Assembly (NCBI GenBank): GCA_964016885.1
Contig: OZ024742.1
Location: forward strand, 253,084,001-253,148,000
Source of the DNA: Eledone cirrhosa
Lineage: Eukaryota
Direction: 5' to 3'
DNA: 64,000 nt
The position numbers were made by a program, and so were the translations under genes. The notes under the pieces were generated by a model. That model had not been told where the DNA came from, ran no database searches, and saw only the letters and a list, made by a program, of their open reading frames with translations. This document shows, piece by piece, positions 41,234 through 54,977 of the stretch. The stretch's first letter is position 1. Each line of letters starts with the position of its first letter.

Positions 41234-42354
41234 CTATATATATAGAGGTGTCAGAAAACAAGAGAGAAAAGAAGGGGCTGCATGGAGGGGGATACACAGG
41301 AAGGTAGAATGTTAGTAAATGAATGTGTGAATGGATGAATGTACAAAAAAAAAGGGGAGGGGGAGAAAACAAGGGGTTGTTCCGAACGGAAAGACCCAGA
41401 GTTCAGCACGCACACATGCGAGTAACTTAGCAGTTTGTCATAGGACTTTGTGGTTGGAGGTGAGTCACTGATCCTGGGGTTGGCTTCCTCTTGTTAATGG
41501 TAGAATTAATGTCACTGTTGGCGTCATTGCCTTCCTCTTGTCAATGGTGAAGATATAGAGCGAAATACAAAATACACCAGCAGACAATTATATAAAAAAA
41601 GTATCTTGGTGCCATTTTGACATCTAAAACCATTAAGGATTAAATAAACCACAAGTCTTTTGAATGTATAGGTTAAGGCATGGGTGTGTTTAAGTGGTTT
41701 CCTTTGTTACCATATGGTTCTGGGTTCAGTCCTTCTACCTGGCATTTTGGGCAAGAAACTTCAACTAGAGTCATAGGTTCACCAATGCCTTGTGAGTAGA
41801 ATTTGGTAGATGGAAACTACAGAAGTATGTTGTACCAGGCAGGGATGTATAATGTTCGAAAGTTGAAATGTAATATCGAATATTTTTGACTATATATAAG
41901 CAAGACACAGATTCCTGTCCTGTCTGAGAGATCAGTAACCCTGCTTCAGTACTGATGTGGTCTATGTAGACCTATCCAACACTTGCCAGCATGTAAAGAA
42001 GATGTTAAAATGATGATAATGATGATCATGATGATTGGAATACCAGCATCAAAATTTGAGGAATGTGCTATTTACCATCAGGAGTCATGACAACACAAGG
42101 ATTGAGTACCTAATTAATCTAAGGCAAATTTGAAAGAATAAAGACTCTGCTCAACATAATGTTTATGAAGAATGCAAACTATTTTGCATAAGCAGAGCCG
42201 GTTTAGTGTCTCACAGAAGACAAACATTAAACGTGGATAAAAAATGGAAGTTTTTGGCTCACATATGTTGAAAATGATGAAAGATTGCATCATATAAACA
42301 CACACACATACATGCACGCACACACACATACACGTATGTGTTTTCTGCTTGAAA

Positions 42355-43975
42355 CTTCTTTTCTTTGCCCACTGAGAGGGTTGTGAGGGAAGAGTCCTCA
42401 AACACTCCCTCTGGCAGGACCTGTCAGAAGCAACTGTCTCCAACTGCTCTTTCTGGATCCCCAAGTGTGACCAGCTAAGCTCATGGATGTTATCCAACCA
42501 TCTTGCTTGGGGTCTACCCTTGGGTCTCCTACCTGCTGGTTTCGCCCATAGAATCTGTCCATAGAATCTGTCAGGACATTCTAACCACATATCCATAGTA
42601 TCGGAGCTGTGATCTTTCAATTTGGAGAAGTAGCGGCTCTACCTGGAGTGACTCTCTGATCTCTGAGCTACACACTTTATCAAGTAATGTTACTCCAAAT
42701 ACCCTTTGGAGGAAACCCATATTGGCCACTTGTATTCCCGATCATATTCTTTTGGTTGTTACCCATGACCATAGGTAAGGGTTGGCAAGAAAAACGAATT
42801 GAAGACAGCAAGTTTGGCTTTTACACCTTCCTCCCTTCTTCTGAATACTGAAGTTGGTACATTACTGCATCAACTTTTGTAATCCACCACTCATGAACAT
42901 GGCCCCAAGATACTTGAACTTCTCTACCTGCTTTTGTGGAACTTCATTCACATGTAGTGTGCATGTGCAGACTTCTTTGAGAGTATGATTGTCTCAGTCT
43001 TTGCAGCACTGATTTTCATTCCAGCCATACAACACTTGGAATCAAACCTATCAAGTGCAAGTCGAAGTTGAGTAACACCATGTCATCTGCAAATTCCAGC
43101 CAACTGATTTTACACCCACCAGTCATGATACCTTTTCCAACCCGGCTGTGCATGTCAATCCTGTTCAAGTAAATAATGAACAGGAGAGGTGACAATATAC
43201 ACCCTTGGCAGAGTCCGACTTCCACATTGAATGGCTTCTATTTAGCATCATTTATCTGAACAGAAATACTTGGGTTTTGCATAGAGACATCACGGCAGCA
43301 CAAAGCTGACCATCAATCCCATACTCCTGCACAGCTTTTCACAGCAGGTCCTGAAGAACGTGGTCTTATGCCTTCTCAAGGTCGACAAAACAAGAATATA
43401 CTTCTTGGCAATACTTCCATGATTTCTTGAATACCTGCCGCAGTGTGAATATTTGGTCAGCTGTGCTGCATCTGGGGAAAAACCCACACTGTTCATCAGC
43501 TAGCTTGGACTTGACAATCTCCCTGCATCTCTTTACCAGACACTTAGCATAGACTTTACTGGGGAGGCTTAACAAGGATTGTCTCCCATTTTGAAAATTG
43601 GGATTATAACTCCTGATTGCCATTGCTTAGGTGCCCTTCCAGAGATCCAGGCCACCTGGCACACACGAGTCAGCCAGAAAATACCTTCTCTATTTAAGGT
43701 TTTTAACATCTCGGGCCGGATTTCATCTTCCCCAGCAGCTTTGCCACATTTGAGCTCTTTGATAGCTCTTGCAACCTCAGCTTCTGAGGGATTAATCACC
43801 ACTCCCAGATGCACCTTGTGTACATCCAAAAATGCTGCAGGGATTGGGTTTAGATCAGCAAAGTATTCTCTCCACCTTGTAGAGGATGCACCTCTCTGAA
43901 GAGAGGAGAACCCCAGATGTATTCTTTATAGCAGGTGTAGAGGAGGACTTCTTATTACAAAGTTGCTGAGTATTT
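42355..43975 (-). mobile_element. RTE-clade LINE, decayed
   Basis: GKAAGEDEIRPEML, EQCGF, FVDLEKA, GLCQGC, FADD, GRRPKGRP. Confidence 0.85.
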
Positions 43976-43989
43976 GAGGGACATATGAC

Positions 43990-44740
43990 TCGGTTTGGAT
44001 ACTCCTGTTGCCCTGGGTGTCTTTTTATGGATCACAGGCCTCACGCACCAGGACTGAACAAAGTCTGATTCACTGCCTTGGGTCCTATTCCCCTCTTGGA
44101 CTCAACTCACCTCCTCAATTTCTCTAATACCTCGTCCATTATCACACCCCTAGATTCCTATCGATTTCTCTTGATCATTAACATCTTCTTTTACAACTAA
44201 CACAGACCGACTATATATGCTCACTCCACTTTTCCCTTCACTGCTCTGTATACACACATAAAAACCCTTATATTAACATACTTTTGCTCATAGCTTCGTA
44301 CTTACATGCACACACTCTCTTTTACTCACATATACACACACATTTCTTCTTAGCTTTGTACGGATGTATAATAACACATACACACACACACATGCTTACA
44401 CACGTGCACAAGTATAGCTCTTTTTACCAAACGTTTTTTTTTCATTTCAGGTAGATGCGCTGCATCATCCATTTTTCTAAAAAATAAATCATACACAAAA
44501 CACCAGCACCAACAGTTTACCAAGAGATGGCAACATGAATGGACCTGTTATTTTTATCTAAAGACATTTTTTCCAATTCCAACTCGTCCGTCCCCTCAAT
44601 CTATCTTATTTCTCATTCTTTCTTCTGATGAAAGACTAGTGTCCGAAACGTTAAGACCCTCTTCTCGCTATATGAAGCGTTAACCTAATATATCCCTTCC
44701 ATATACTGTACCGATTGTGTTGTTATTTCTGTTTACCTTT
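43990..44740 (+). mobile_element. Neptune-like PLE 3' remnant/pLTR
   Basis: EQSLIHCLG..PLGLN, resembling a GIY-YIG C-terminus, followed by a hammerhead motif. Confidence 0.6.
44621..44656 (+). ncRNA. Minimal type I hammerhead ribozyme
   Basis: TCTT-CTGATGA-aa-GAC(TAGT)GTC-c-GAAA-CGTT-AAGA, with palindromic AACGTT in place of stem III. Confidence 0.7.
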
Positions 44741-44775
<35 letters not shown>

Positions 44776-45179
44776 CATATTAAATTTAAGTGAGAAAAAT
44801 TCTATTTATGTGAGCATAAGCCAGACAGCAAAAAAAGTATTTTAGTTAGCATGGTTTCGTTTGTGGAAGAAGCAATTTATTGGAAATACCAATATTTGAA
44901 GAATCCACTATATTTTTCAGGGGAGTTGAATTCTTCAAAACTAAGAGTCTATATTGATCAAGAAATTTTACATACTATTTCAATTGCCGAGGCACCATAC
45001 TGTCCCAAAACATGTGCTGTTGAACTATTAAATGATCAAATCTCTCTTAACATATTAAGACTATGCAACAAGCTTATAATGCTGCTAGAAATAGCAGCCA
45101 AAAGACCGTCTGATACAACTTGATAAATTAAGCAGTTTAATATTAATTGAATGTTAATTAGTCTTTAAGATATTATATA

Positions 45180-46700
45180 TAGTGAGAGCATACCCCCTGT
45201 AGATCCAAATGAGGGACTAGCCATAAAAGTTGATAGCACTGAGATAGTGAAATGCCTAATTGATCAAGTAATACAGGATGATGTCATACCCAATGACTGG
45301 AATAGCAGTTTCATTGTAAACTGCTATAAGAGTAAAGGAGACACACTAGAGAAATGTAACTATAGAGGCATCAAGTTGATGGAAAAGGTCATGAAAGTTG
45401 CTGAAAGTGTTATAGCTCAACTAATTAGGATAGAATCAAGTTAGATGAGATGCAGTTTGGGTTTATGCTAGGTAGGGGCACTACTGGTACTCTCTTTCTG
45501 GTGAAACAACTGCAGAGGAGATACTTGGAAATGAAGAAGTCACTATCTGGCATTTGAGGATGTAGAGAAGGCCTTTGAGAGGATCCCCCACTCTGTAATC
45601 CTGTGGGAACTAAGGAATCTAAATTTTGATGAATGGCTTGTGAGGGTGGTGTAAACCATACATAAAGGTGCAACCAGCAAGGCGAGAATTGGCAGTGATT
45701 ATAGCGAGGAATTTAAAGTGTAGTGTGGAGGACCACCAGGACTTAGTCCTTATTCCTCAGTTCACTTCTATTTATCATTGTCCTTCAGGCCATCACTGAG
45801 GAGTTTAAAACTGGCACTCAATTGGAACTCCTGTACACTGATGACCTAGTCTTTAAAGCTGAATCCATAGGAGAGTTAAAGGTAAAATTTTAAGCATGAG
45901 GAAAAAAACCTTGAAAGGCCTAAAAATAAACTTAGCCAAAATGAAAGTCCTAAGTAGGAAAAAGGACAGAGTTCTAATAGTATCTGATATGTCAGAATAG
46001 GGTGGGCAGGAACTCCATAAGGTGCACACAGTGTAATCTATGGATGCAGAAGAGATGTTGGATTGCAGACAGGTTAATGGAAAAGATTAACTTTGTACGC
46101 AGCAGATGCACAGGAGACATAAGCACTAACAGCAGCACATGTGAAATGGACTCCCTTCGTTGTAAACAGCTCCCTAGAAATTGAAAACAGCTTTTGTTAC
46201 CTAGGTAACCTCATGAAGGATGCTCTGAAAATGTGATAACCAGGATAAGAACAGACTGGAAAAAGGTTACAGAGCTGGTGCCTCTACTGACAACAAAATG
46301 TTTCTCTCTCAGAGCGAAGAATAGATTGCATGTTAGCTGTGTGTGAAATGCAGTGCTATGTGGCAGTGAGACATGGGCCTTGAGTGCACAAGAACTGCAA
46401 AAGCTAGAAATAAATAAAGCAAGTATGCTCTGATGGATGTCTAATGTTCATAATGATGCAATATTAGTGTTCATAAGTGAGCTGAGAGAAAATTTTGGCA
46501 TAAGCGTAACTGGATGTGCAAGAGACTGTACTGGTATAGATATGTGATATGTATGGAAGTTGACAGAAAAAGGCAGAGAAATCTCTGTGGCTAAAATTCA
46601 TAGAAGAAGCAGACAGGAAGATATGAAATGAAGAAGTAAGGACTGACTTTAAGATGCTGAACCTCACAAGAGAAATAAAAGAAGGTTGCAATGATTGCTG
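45180..46700 (+). mobile_element. RTE LINE RT region, heavily decayed
   Basis: NYRGIKLM and YTDDL; homologous to 19990-20880. Confidence 0.8.
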
Positions 46701-47984
46701 GTGAAAGTGTGACCTCACCTGATGAAAGACTACCGTCTAATATGCTGAAACATTCTTATCCTTTTCTATAATGCATGAAACTCATAAGACTCTTTGTCAT
46801 TGTTCATTGTGTTTGTCTTCCTTTTATCTTGAACTATATATATCAGCATCATCATCATCATCATCACCGTTTAACATCCATTTTTTCATGCTAGCATGGA
46901 TTAGACGAGTTTTCCCATTGTGATATAGGCCAGGTCAGATGACCATGTCTTGTTCATACAGAACTGACTTTGGCTTGGTTTCTACAAATGTACACTGTCT
47001 ACTGGGTGATTTTTGTTGTGACACCTACACAACTACTTTACAGTGTGGACTGGGTGCTTTTTGTTGGGACACCTACACGATCACTTTACAGTGTGGGCTG
47101 GATGCTTTTTGTCATGTCACCATCACAACCACTTTACAGTGTGTGCTGGGGACCCTGGTGGGGGAGATGTGCAGGGATTGGGGTGGTAGGCATAGGGGCT
47201 AATCACCATAATGACCACTTTACAGTTTGGGCTGGGGACTTTGGTGGGGGAAGTGGGTATAGAGACGTTTATGCTTTGCCATTCACATATATTGCTATTA
47301 CACATCCATCAAAGCATGCAAGCTTCATTTCTTTACAATCTTTGCAGGTCCTCTGCACACAGCGCTCAGACCTCCCTACCATGCAAAATTGCTGGTTGTA
47401 TACACACATCATACTGTCTTCCCTTCATTTATATGCCCTTCATAGTTATATGCGTGAGTGTGTGTTTTCCTTTTTCTTCTCTCTCTCTTATCTCTGTTTC
47501 TGTCTTGTGATAGAAAAACTTACATCTGAAATGTTAAAACACTTTTGCAACTGTATCAAGTGTTAAACTAATACACCATTACTTTGTTGTATTATTTTTG
47601 GTTTATTTTTGTTGAAGCCTCTCTATCTTTCTTATCTCTGTTTCTCTCTCTCTATATATATGATATACATATATATTCTTATATTAATTTATTTGTTTCA
47701 ATCATTAGATTGTAGCCATGGTATCCATATTGCAGTGATATCTTGAAGGGATTTAGTCAATCATATCGACTCACAGCTTGTTTTCTTTTGACTGGTATTT
47801 ATACATACATGCACATGTGCTTACAAATACATATATAATAGATATTTAATGGTTAGGCTAAAAAATCCCAGAAAAATAATTACAATTGTAAACTTATAAA
47901 ATAACTCTGAGTTCATTCTTTTTGCATTTTTGTTTTTCATTTGTCATTGTTGTTACTCATCTATTGTTTGATAGTTATATTTAA

Positions 47985-48205
47985 CCCTTTAGCATTTAAA
48001 CCAACCACATCCAACCAGAATTCTCTCACTTCTTTCTGTTCAAACTGGTCGTAACTGGCTGCACATAGTGATGTTAAGGTATTGTTCTTAAAATAAATAA
48101 TATCAAAATCTCATAGATTCGATATTATGTGAGATAATTATGTGAGGTAATGCCTTTACTATGAAAATATAATAGTATATATAGAGTAATGTAAATGCTA
48201 AAGGG
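47985..48205. mobile_element. piggyBac-like MITE
   Basis: TIRs CCCTTTAGCATTTA; TTAA at 47981-47984 and 48206-48209. A partial inverted copy at ~48897-49072 is also followed by TTAA. Confidence 0.8.
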
Positions 48206-49085
48206 TTAAGTGCTCTGTAGAATATATGGTGCTAATTTATCTGGAAACTATGACTTGGACCAAAATCAGATATTGAGGGTGATTTTGGCCTGATGAAGTT
48301 TAACCTTTTAGTACCAGTAAAGTTGGTTGATTGTTAATTATAATTTATTACATTATTGTGTTTGAGGTGATTTGATTTTGGATTAGATTTATCTTTTGGT
48401 TATGAGCTTCAGGTTGTGTCGATTAGACATGAAATATTTAGCCAATGATTTTGCTTGTAGTTAACACTGTTTTTTTTATGTGAAAGGTTGTGTTTTTGTG
48501 ACTGAGTCATTGTATTTATGTATGGGTTTTGGTTGGTCTGGATTTGTTGTATTAATTTATTTCCATTTTGATGTTTGGTGAGACTATGAGGAAAAAAAAA
48601 ATTAGCTATTTTATATTTTATTAAAATATTCATTTATCTATTCAAACAGAGAAACAATTGTTTTATGAAGTGTTGAGCAAATTTGAATTATGGAGGTATG
48701 TTAAATTATTGTAAGCCAATATGAGACTGTTCACATTTCTCTTTAGTGTTCAACTATTTTATATTTAAACCTACATTATAGCAGCTTACTATAACCTAAT
48801 ATACTTTCAAAATACAAATTTGCTGAACACTTTGTTTGTTTCCATTTCCTGGCTGAATGATAAGTTACATTACTCTATATATACTATTGCATTTTTATGG
48901 TAAAGGCTTTACCTCACATAATTATCTCATAATATTGAATCTATGAGATTTTGATATTATTTATTTTGAGAACAATACCTTAATGTTGGTATAACCAGCC
49001 GGTTATGGCCAGTTTTCACAGAAAGGGGTGAGAGAATTTTGACCGGATATGGCCGGTTTAAATGCTAAAGGGTTAAAAATTGTAA

Positions 49086-49647
49086 GTCAGTTTCATTTTG
49101 GTTGTCATGGCAACTCAGCCAGTCAACATATGACAGGTAGGTAATTGGTCAATTTCATTTTGGTGTCATGGTAACACAGCCAGACAACATATGGCAGGTA
49201 ATTGGTCAGTTTCATTCTGGTGTCATGGCAACAGAGCTAGATGACATATGACAGGTAATTGGTTAGTTTCATTTTGATTGTCATGACAACACAGCCAGAT
49301 GACATATGATAGGTAATTGATCAGTTTCATTATGGTGTCATGGCAACACAACCAGAGGACATATGACAGGTAATTTGGTCAGTTTCATTTTGATTGTCAT
49401 GGAAACACTGCCAGATGACATATGGCAGGTAATTGGTCAGTTTCATTTTGGTGTCATGGTAACACAGCCAGATGACATATGACAGGTAATTTGGTCAATT
49501 TTATTATGGTGTCATGGTAACACAGCCAGACAACATATGGCAGGTAATTGGTCAATTTCATTTTGGTGTCATGGTAACACAGCCAGATGACATATGACAG
49601 GTAATTGGTCAATTTTATTATGGTGTCATGGCAACATAGTCAGTCAA
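49086..49647. repeat. ~57-58-bp minisatellite, ~10 units
   Basis: Consensus gtcagtttcattttggtgtcatggtaacacagccagatgacatatgacaggtaattg. Confidence 0.95.
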
Positions 49648-49991
49648 TAAATAGTAAGTGCAAGTTCTATTCCTACAGATCACTCTGGCTACATTTTGCC
49701 ATCTCTAGGAGTTTATGTGCCCATGTCCAAATATTTTATAGTTGAATGTGCATTGTAGCAACTTACAATAAACTAACATACTTTCAAAATTTATTTATAT
49801 ATTCAGTATTAGCTAAACACTACCCCTATCTGAAAATGAAAACAACAATACAACACCTGGAACATTTCCAAACGGATTTCTTTTTGTAGTTTTAATCAAA
49901 ACGAATTAAAATTCATAGAAATCAAACAGGGAAGACATTATATAAAATATTCTCTAGTTCACGCCACTCTTGCTAAACTAATTGTTTCTGA

Positions 49992-50027
<36 letters not shown>

Positions 50028-50077
50028 TATATATATTTATATATATATATATATATGCGTATATATATTTATATATA

Positions 50078-50131
<54 letters not shown>

Positions 50132-50167
50132 CATGTGTGTGTATGTATGTCAGTGTATGTCTGTCTG

Positions 50168-50205
<38 letters not shown>

Positions 50206-52419
50206 ATATATATAGATATATATATACAGATATATAAATATACATACATTCATAGCTGAACACATACCATACACACGCACACACACACAAGTACACATAC
50301 ATATATATAAAATTTAAAGTGATATAAATCAATAAATGTTTGTATAGCTAGGCTGAATTTTCCATTAGAAAACTCCAGATTTCGCTGTCAAAACTGGTGA
50401 ATATTAAAATATCATTTACACTTGACAATAACCAACATAATCTCCACCAAAAAAAAAGGAGGATATTTTATTTTCTTGCACGTGCAACAATACATTATGT
50501 AATTTTATTGCTAGTCGACCTCAAATATTTTATCCCATCTCATCCTCATTCTCTTCCTCATTCTATATTCTTCTCCCCTATCAAGAATGTTATCTATACA
50601 ACATGATCTGAGTACATATGAATATTACAGTTACCAATATAATGCTGGGTATGTTTAAAATGTATATGACATTACTATATAGAAAATGAAAACAATGATA
50701 AACATCTTTAATCAATAGAGAGACGACTTTATTGTATACTTTATCTACTTAGCACACAACATAATATACATCTTAATTAACAACCAGCATAAGCACTAAT
50801 AATATGCAAATCTGTATGTCCATTTCAAGATATTACTGTAAGTGATAGGGTCTATAAGCCCCTCGATAATGTATTTCCTTCTGGTTATTTAGATGATATA
50901 CACACCTTCTGATAATGGACCTAACAATCTCCGCAATTTTATTAGAAATGTTTATTAATTTTTTTTCAGTTTACTGGGAAATACATATATTTAGTATGCA
51001 CAGAAGTTACTGCAAGAAGGAAATAAAAAAAGGCGATGTACAAGACAAGTTTACACACACACATCTTCACCCTCATCAGCTCTCAAACCAGCAAAATGGT
51101 TTTGAACAATTTAATTGAGAGTACCATTTTAAAAAGCTGGATCAGGAAACAGAAAAATAAATCTTTCTACTGGTATGGTGAGTGTGTGATAAAACAAACA
51201 GCACAGATAGAAGGATGAAAGAAAATAAATAAAATAAAATAATGGGATAGTGGACCTCAAGCTGTGGAGTCTGTCCTAAATAAACTTGTCTTGTACATTG
51301 CCTTTCTTTATTTTCTTCATCCAGTCACTTCTGTGCACCAGCACACTTCTCCTCCTCCTCTTTCAATCTTTTCTATATTTCATCTGCCTGTCACCCACCT
51401 AGTGGATTGTCTCTCTCTCTTGACCACTGGCTGCTGTTCTCTGTTCTCTAGTGGGTTGGGGTGTATATTTGGTTAGGAGGAGCCTACTGACTGTAGGTTA
51501 ACTTTGCACATAGGGAAGGCGGGTCTTCTGTATTACTGCCAAAGATCTCGATTCAGTGACATTGTCTTAGAGAGGTGTAAGTGTGCACGGTCGGATTTTA
51601 TCATGTTGTCCCAGGTTTTTCTGGGTCTACCTACTCCGTAACTTCCATCAATTTTGATCGCCTTGCACTTTTTTATACAGCTTTCATGTGCATCACATGA
51701 AAGTAAACAGCATCTGATCCCTCTTATTCTATACAATATATATATATATAAATATATATATTAGACCGGGTGATGTGTTGTTTCCTTGAGCAAGACACTT
51801 TATTTCACATTGCTCCAGTTTACTCAGCTGTAGAAATGAGATGATAGGACTGGGGTCCATATCATTCCACTGCAAAGAGGTTGTGGCGGTGCCACGGCAA
51901 AAAAGCACCCACCACTCACTGTAAATGAGGTTGGTATTAGGAAGGGCATCCAGCTGTAGAAATCAAGCCAGAATCAGTTCTCGTCCTACCCTTGCAAGCA
52001 AGGAAAAGTGGACGTAAAAGATGATGATGATGATGATGATATATATATATATATATATTGGATTGCCTTAAACGATACCTCATTTACTTAAATATATATG
52101 TATGTATGTGTGTATGTGTGTGTGTGTATGTATATGTACAATACAGAATGAACTGGGTGCATTTATCAAGTAGATCTCCAATACTTGAGAGGTTGTCATG
52201 TCTTTGGCAAAACTGAAGATTCTTTTAGACATTTTTTGGCATAATTTCTACAGCTGGAAGCCCTTCCTAAATTCAAACACTTTACAGAATATGCTAGGTG
52301 CATTTTATCATGACACCAGCTCAAGGGAGGTTGTTGGTCATAGACATAAATATATATACATATATATCAAAGGTATATATTGAGTTAGAAACTCAAAATA
52401 GTCTCTTACAATAAAATAG

Positions 52420-52658
52420 CTCTAGGAAAGAGATTTTTCCGAGCCGTATATTATAATTGAATATAAAAGAAAAACAAACACAGACATATACATATATGTG
52501 TTCAAATCGTAAGGGACCAGATTCGCTATAGTTAGTATTCTTTTCACCTTAGCGAATCTGGTCCCTTACGATTTGAACACATATATGTATATGTCTGTGT
52601 TTGTTTTTCTTTTATATTCAATTATAATATATGGCTTGGAAAAATCTCTTTCCTAGAG
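52420..52658. repeat. Near-perfect inverted repeat, 109-bp arms, 21-nt loop
   Basis: 52420-52528 pairs with 52550-52658 with two mismatches. Confidence 0.95.
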
Positions 52659-52841
52659 TTCCTAATCAATATATATCTTTGATATACACATATATATATA
52701 TATCGTTATCATCATCATTATCATTTAATGTCCACTTTCCTTGTTAAAAGGGTTGGACGGGTCTTCACAGACTATGTTTGTACTCAAGCAGGGGGCCAAT
52801 GACCTCCTGGATAGGCTGGGGTTTGCAACTTCGCAACAATT

Positions 52842-53232
52842 CTTGTCAATAAGTATTTGTAAACAAATTTTGTCAACATGTATTTGTAAACAAGTGTTAT
52901 AAACAGGTATTTGTAAACAAGTGTCATCTATTTATAATAGATTATAATATGCATTTGTAAACAATTTTTGTCAACATGTATTTGTAAACAAGTGTTATAA
53001 ACAGGTATTTGTAAACAAGTGTCATCTATTTATAATAGATTATAATATGCATTTGTAAACAATTTTTTTCAAAATAGTTGTTTATAAACAATTGTCATCA
53101 ATGGGTATTTGTAAACAAGTATTGTCAGCATAAATTTGTAAACAAATTTTGTCAATAATTTTAAACAAATGTTGTCAATAAACATTTGTAAGCATATGTC
53201 AACAGGTATTTGCAAACAATTGTTATCAATAC
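52842..53232. repeat. ~27-bp degenerate minisatellite with TGTAAACAA core
   Basis: Nine exact TGTAAACAA; ~99-bp higher-order duplication within 52868-53064. Confidence 0.9.
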
Positions 53233-53469
53233 AACTTAAAATGAGAATTTTTAAGCTCAGAAAAGAATTCTTAAAATGTGTACTTATTTTTGCCCTGCAT
53301 TTTCGTTTAGAATTTCTTGTGTTATTCACGAGAAGCTATTATATATATATATATATATATGTACCCCCCACCAGTAACATTAAATATTGCAACAGTGATT
53401 CTACACACTTTTTCCCCCCTCTGTCCCTGTATGGCTGTCTATCTGCCTGTCTTTCTCTCTTTCTTTTTC

Positions 53470-53513
<44 letters not shown>

Positions 53514-54920
53514 TATGTGTGTATATTTATGTATATACATACTTCTATCTTTTTGTATGGGTTAAATAAATCTTCCTTGCATCACACCTTTGGGATGCAA
53601 GTATTTCATGTAGTATGGTTATTGTTTATCAAGTTTCCCTATTTGAATAAATATATTTTTCGTTCCTGCAAACTTTACCTTGAAAGAAATATGGTCCAAT
53701 ATGACGGTTTAACATGCATTTAACCTCCTTCTCTTAATAGATTTAAGCTTAATGTAGATTCAAGCTCTTTAATCATTTCTATCCAAAATTCTTCCTCATT
53801 CTAGATTACTTTTTTCTTGACTAACTCTATTATATCTAACAATTTATATCCCTTGGTGACAAATGTTGTAACTTCTTTATTTAGTAATTCCATCCCATTC
53901 CTTTCTGCTAAGCCCCACTGACCCTTATTTTCATTATCAATATCTAATGTATTTTAATCCTAAATTACATAGCAATGTCTTTAGTAGAGACAAGAGGTTG
54001 CTCCAAATTGTCTATTCGATTTTTGTTCTTTGTAAACAGCTACAATTTATACACAGAAATTATTGGTTTTGTGTCTCATCAGTAGTGTTTAATATAAACA
54101 ATGATGTATAATGCTAAAATGAAGGGGATGAACTAACAGCCTAGAAAATTCTGTTATTAATCTTTGTACACTCACACTTTTACCAGAATAGGTTACTTTT
54201 TTTCTCTTGAGACTCATAACGTTTTATCATTAGTCCTTTCGTTTTGTATGTATGTGCTATGCCTATCTTTCTGTGTGTTTTTAAACTGCTGGAATGAAAG
54301 ACCATATCACAACGATTTTATATTCAATCTATTCAACTGCATCATTTATCATTTGGGTAACCAATGAAGGTGCTTGATTTATTGGTTACGTTATTCAGCT
54401 CATGTGAGTTCAAATCCTGGTAGTACATTTTGTCCTCCAGTTCATACAACTGGAAAAAAGTAGTAGTACTTGTGATTCAAATAGCCAACCTTGTCACACA
54501 CCATGTCATGCTGAATCGCCCATAGAATTATGTTAGGGGTATAAATGCCTGTAGAATACTCAGCCACTCTGGTAAAAAAACTGAAACACTTATCATAACC
54601 AAAAGAGGTTTAACAAACACATATTTAGTGGAGGGTGAGCGAAGTTGTGGTATTCTCTAAGTTTGGCTTTCATCCTTTGGTAGTCAAATAAATTGCTTTC
54701 CATGTACCTAAATTAGAAACCATTACTATTTTTGATAGGTAGAATGATTAGACTGTCAAATAAAAGGCTTTATGGCATGTAGTTATGGCCTTTTACATTC
54801 TGAGTTCAATCCCTAGTTCCAGTACTGGAGTACTGAAATTTCACTGACTTCCTCCTTCTCTCACAATTGCTGGCCATCTTCTTAAATTAGAACCTCCTCT
54901 TCCCCTCCTCCTCCTCTTCC

Positions 54921-54975
<55 letters not shown>

Positions 54976-54977
<2 letters not shown>

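Noticed and set aside
46719-46755. CTGATGA...GAAAC hammerhead-like motif
   Set aside because: Stems I and III do not pair convincingly.
49086-49647. CRISPR-like array
   Set aside because: Whole units repeat with no unique spacers, there are no cas genes, and the context is eukaryotic.
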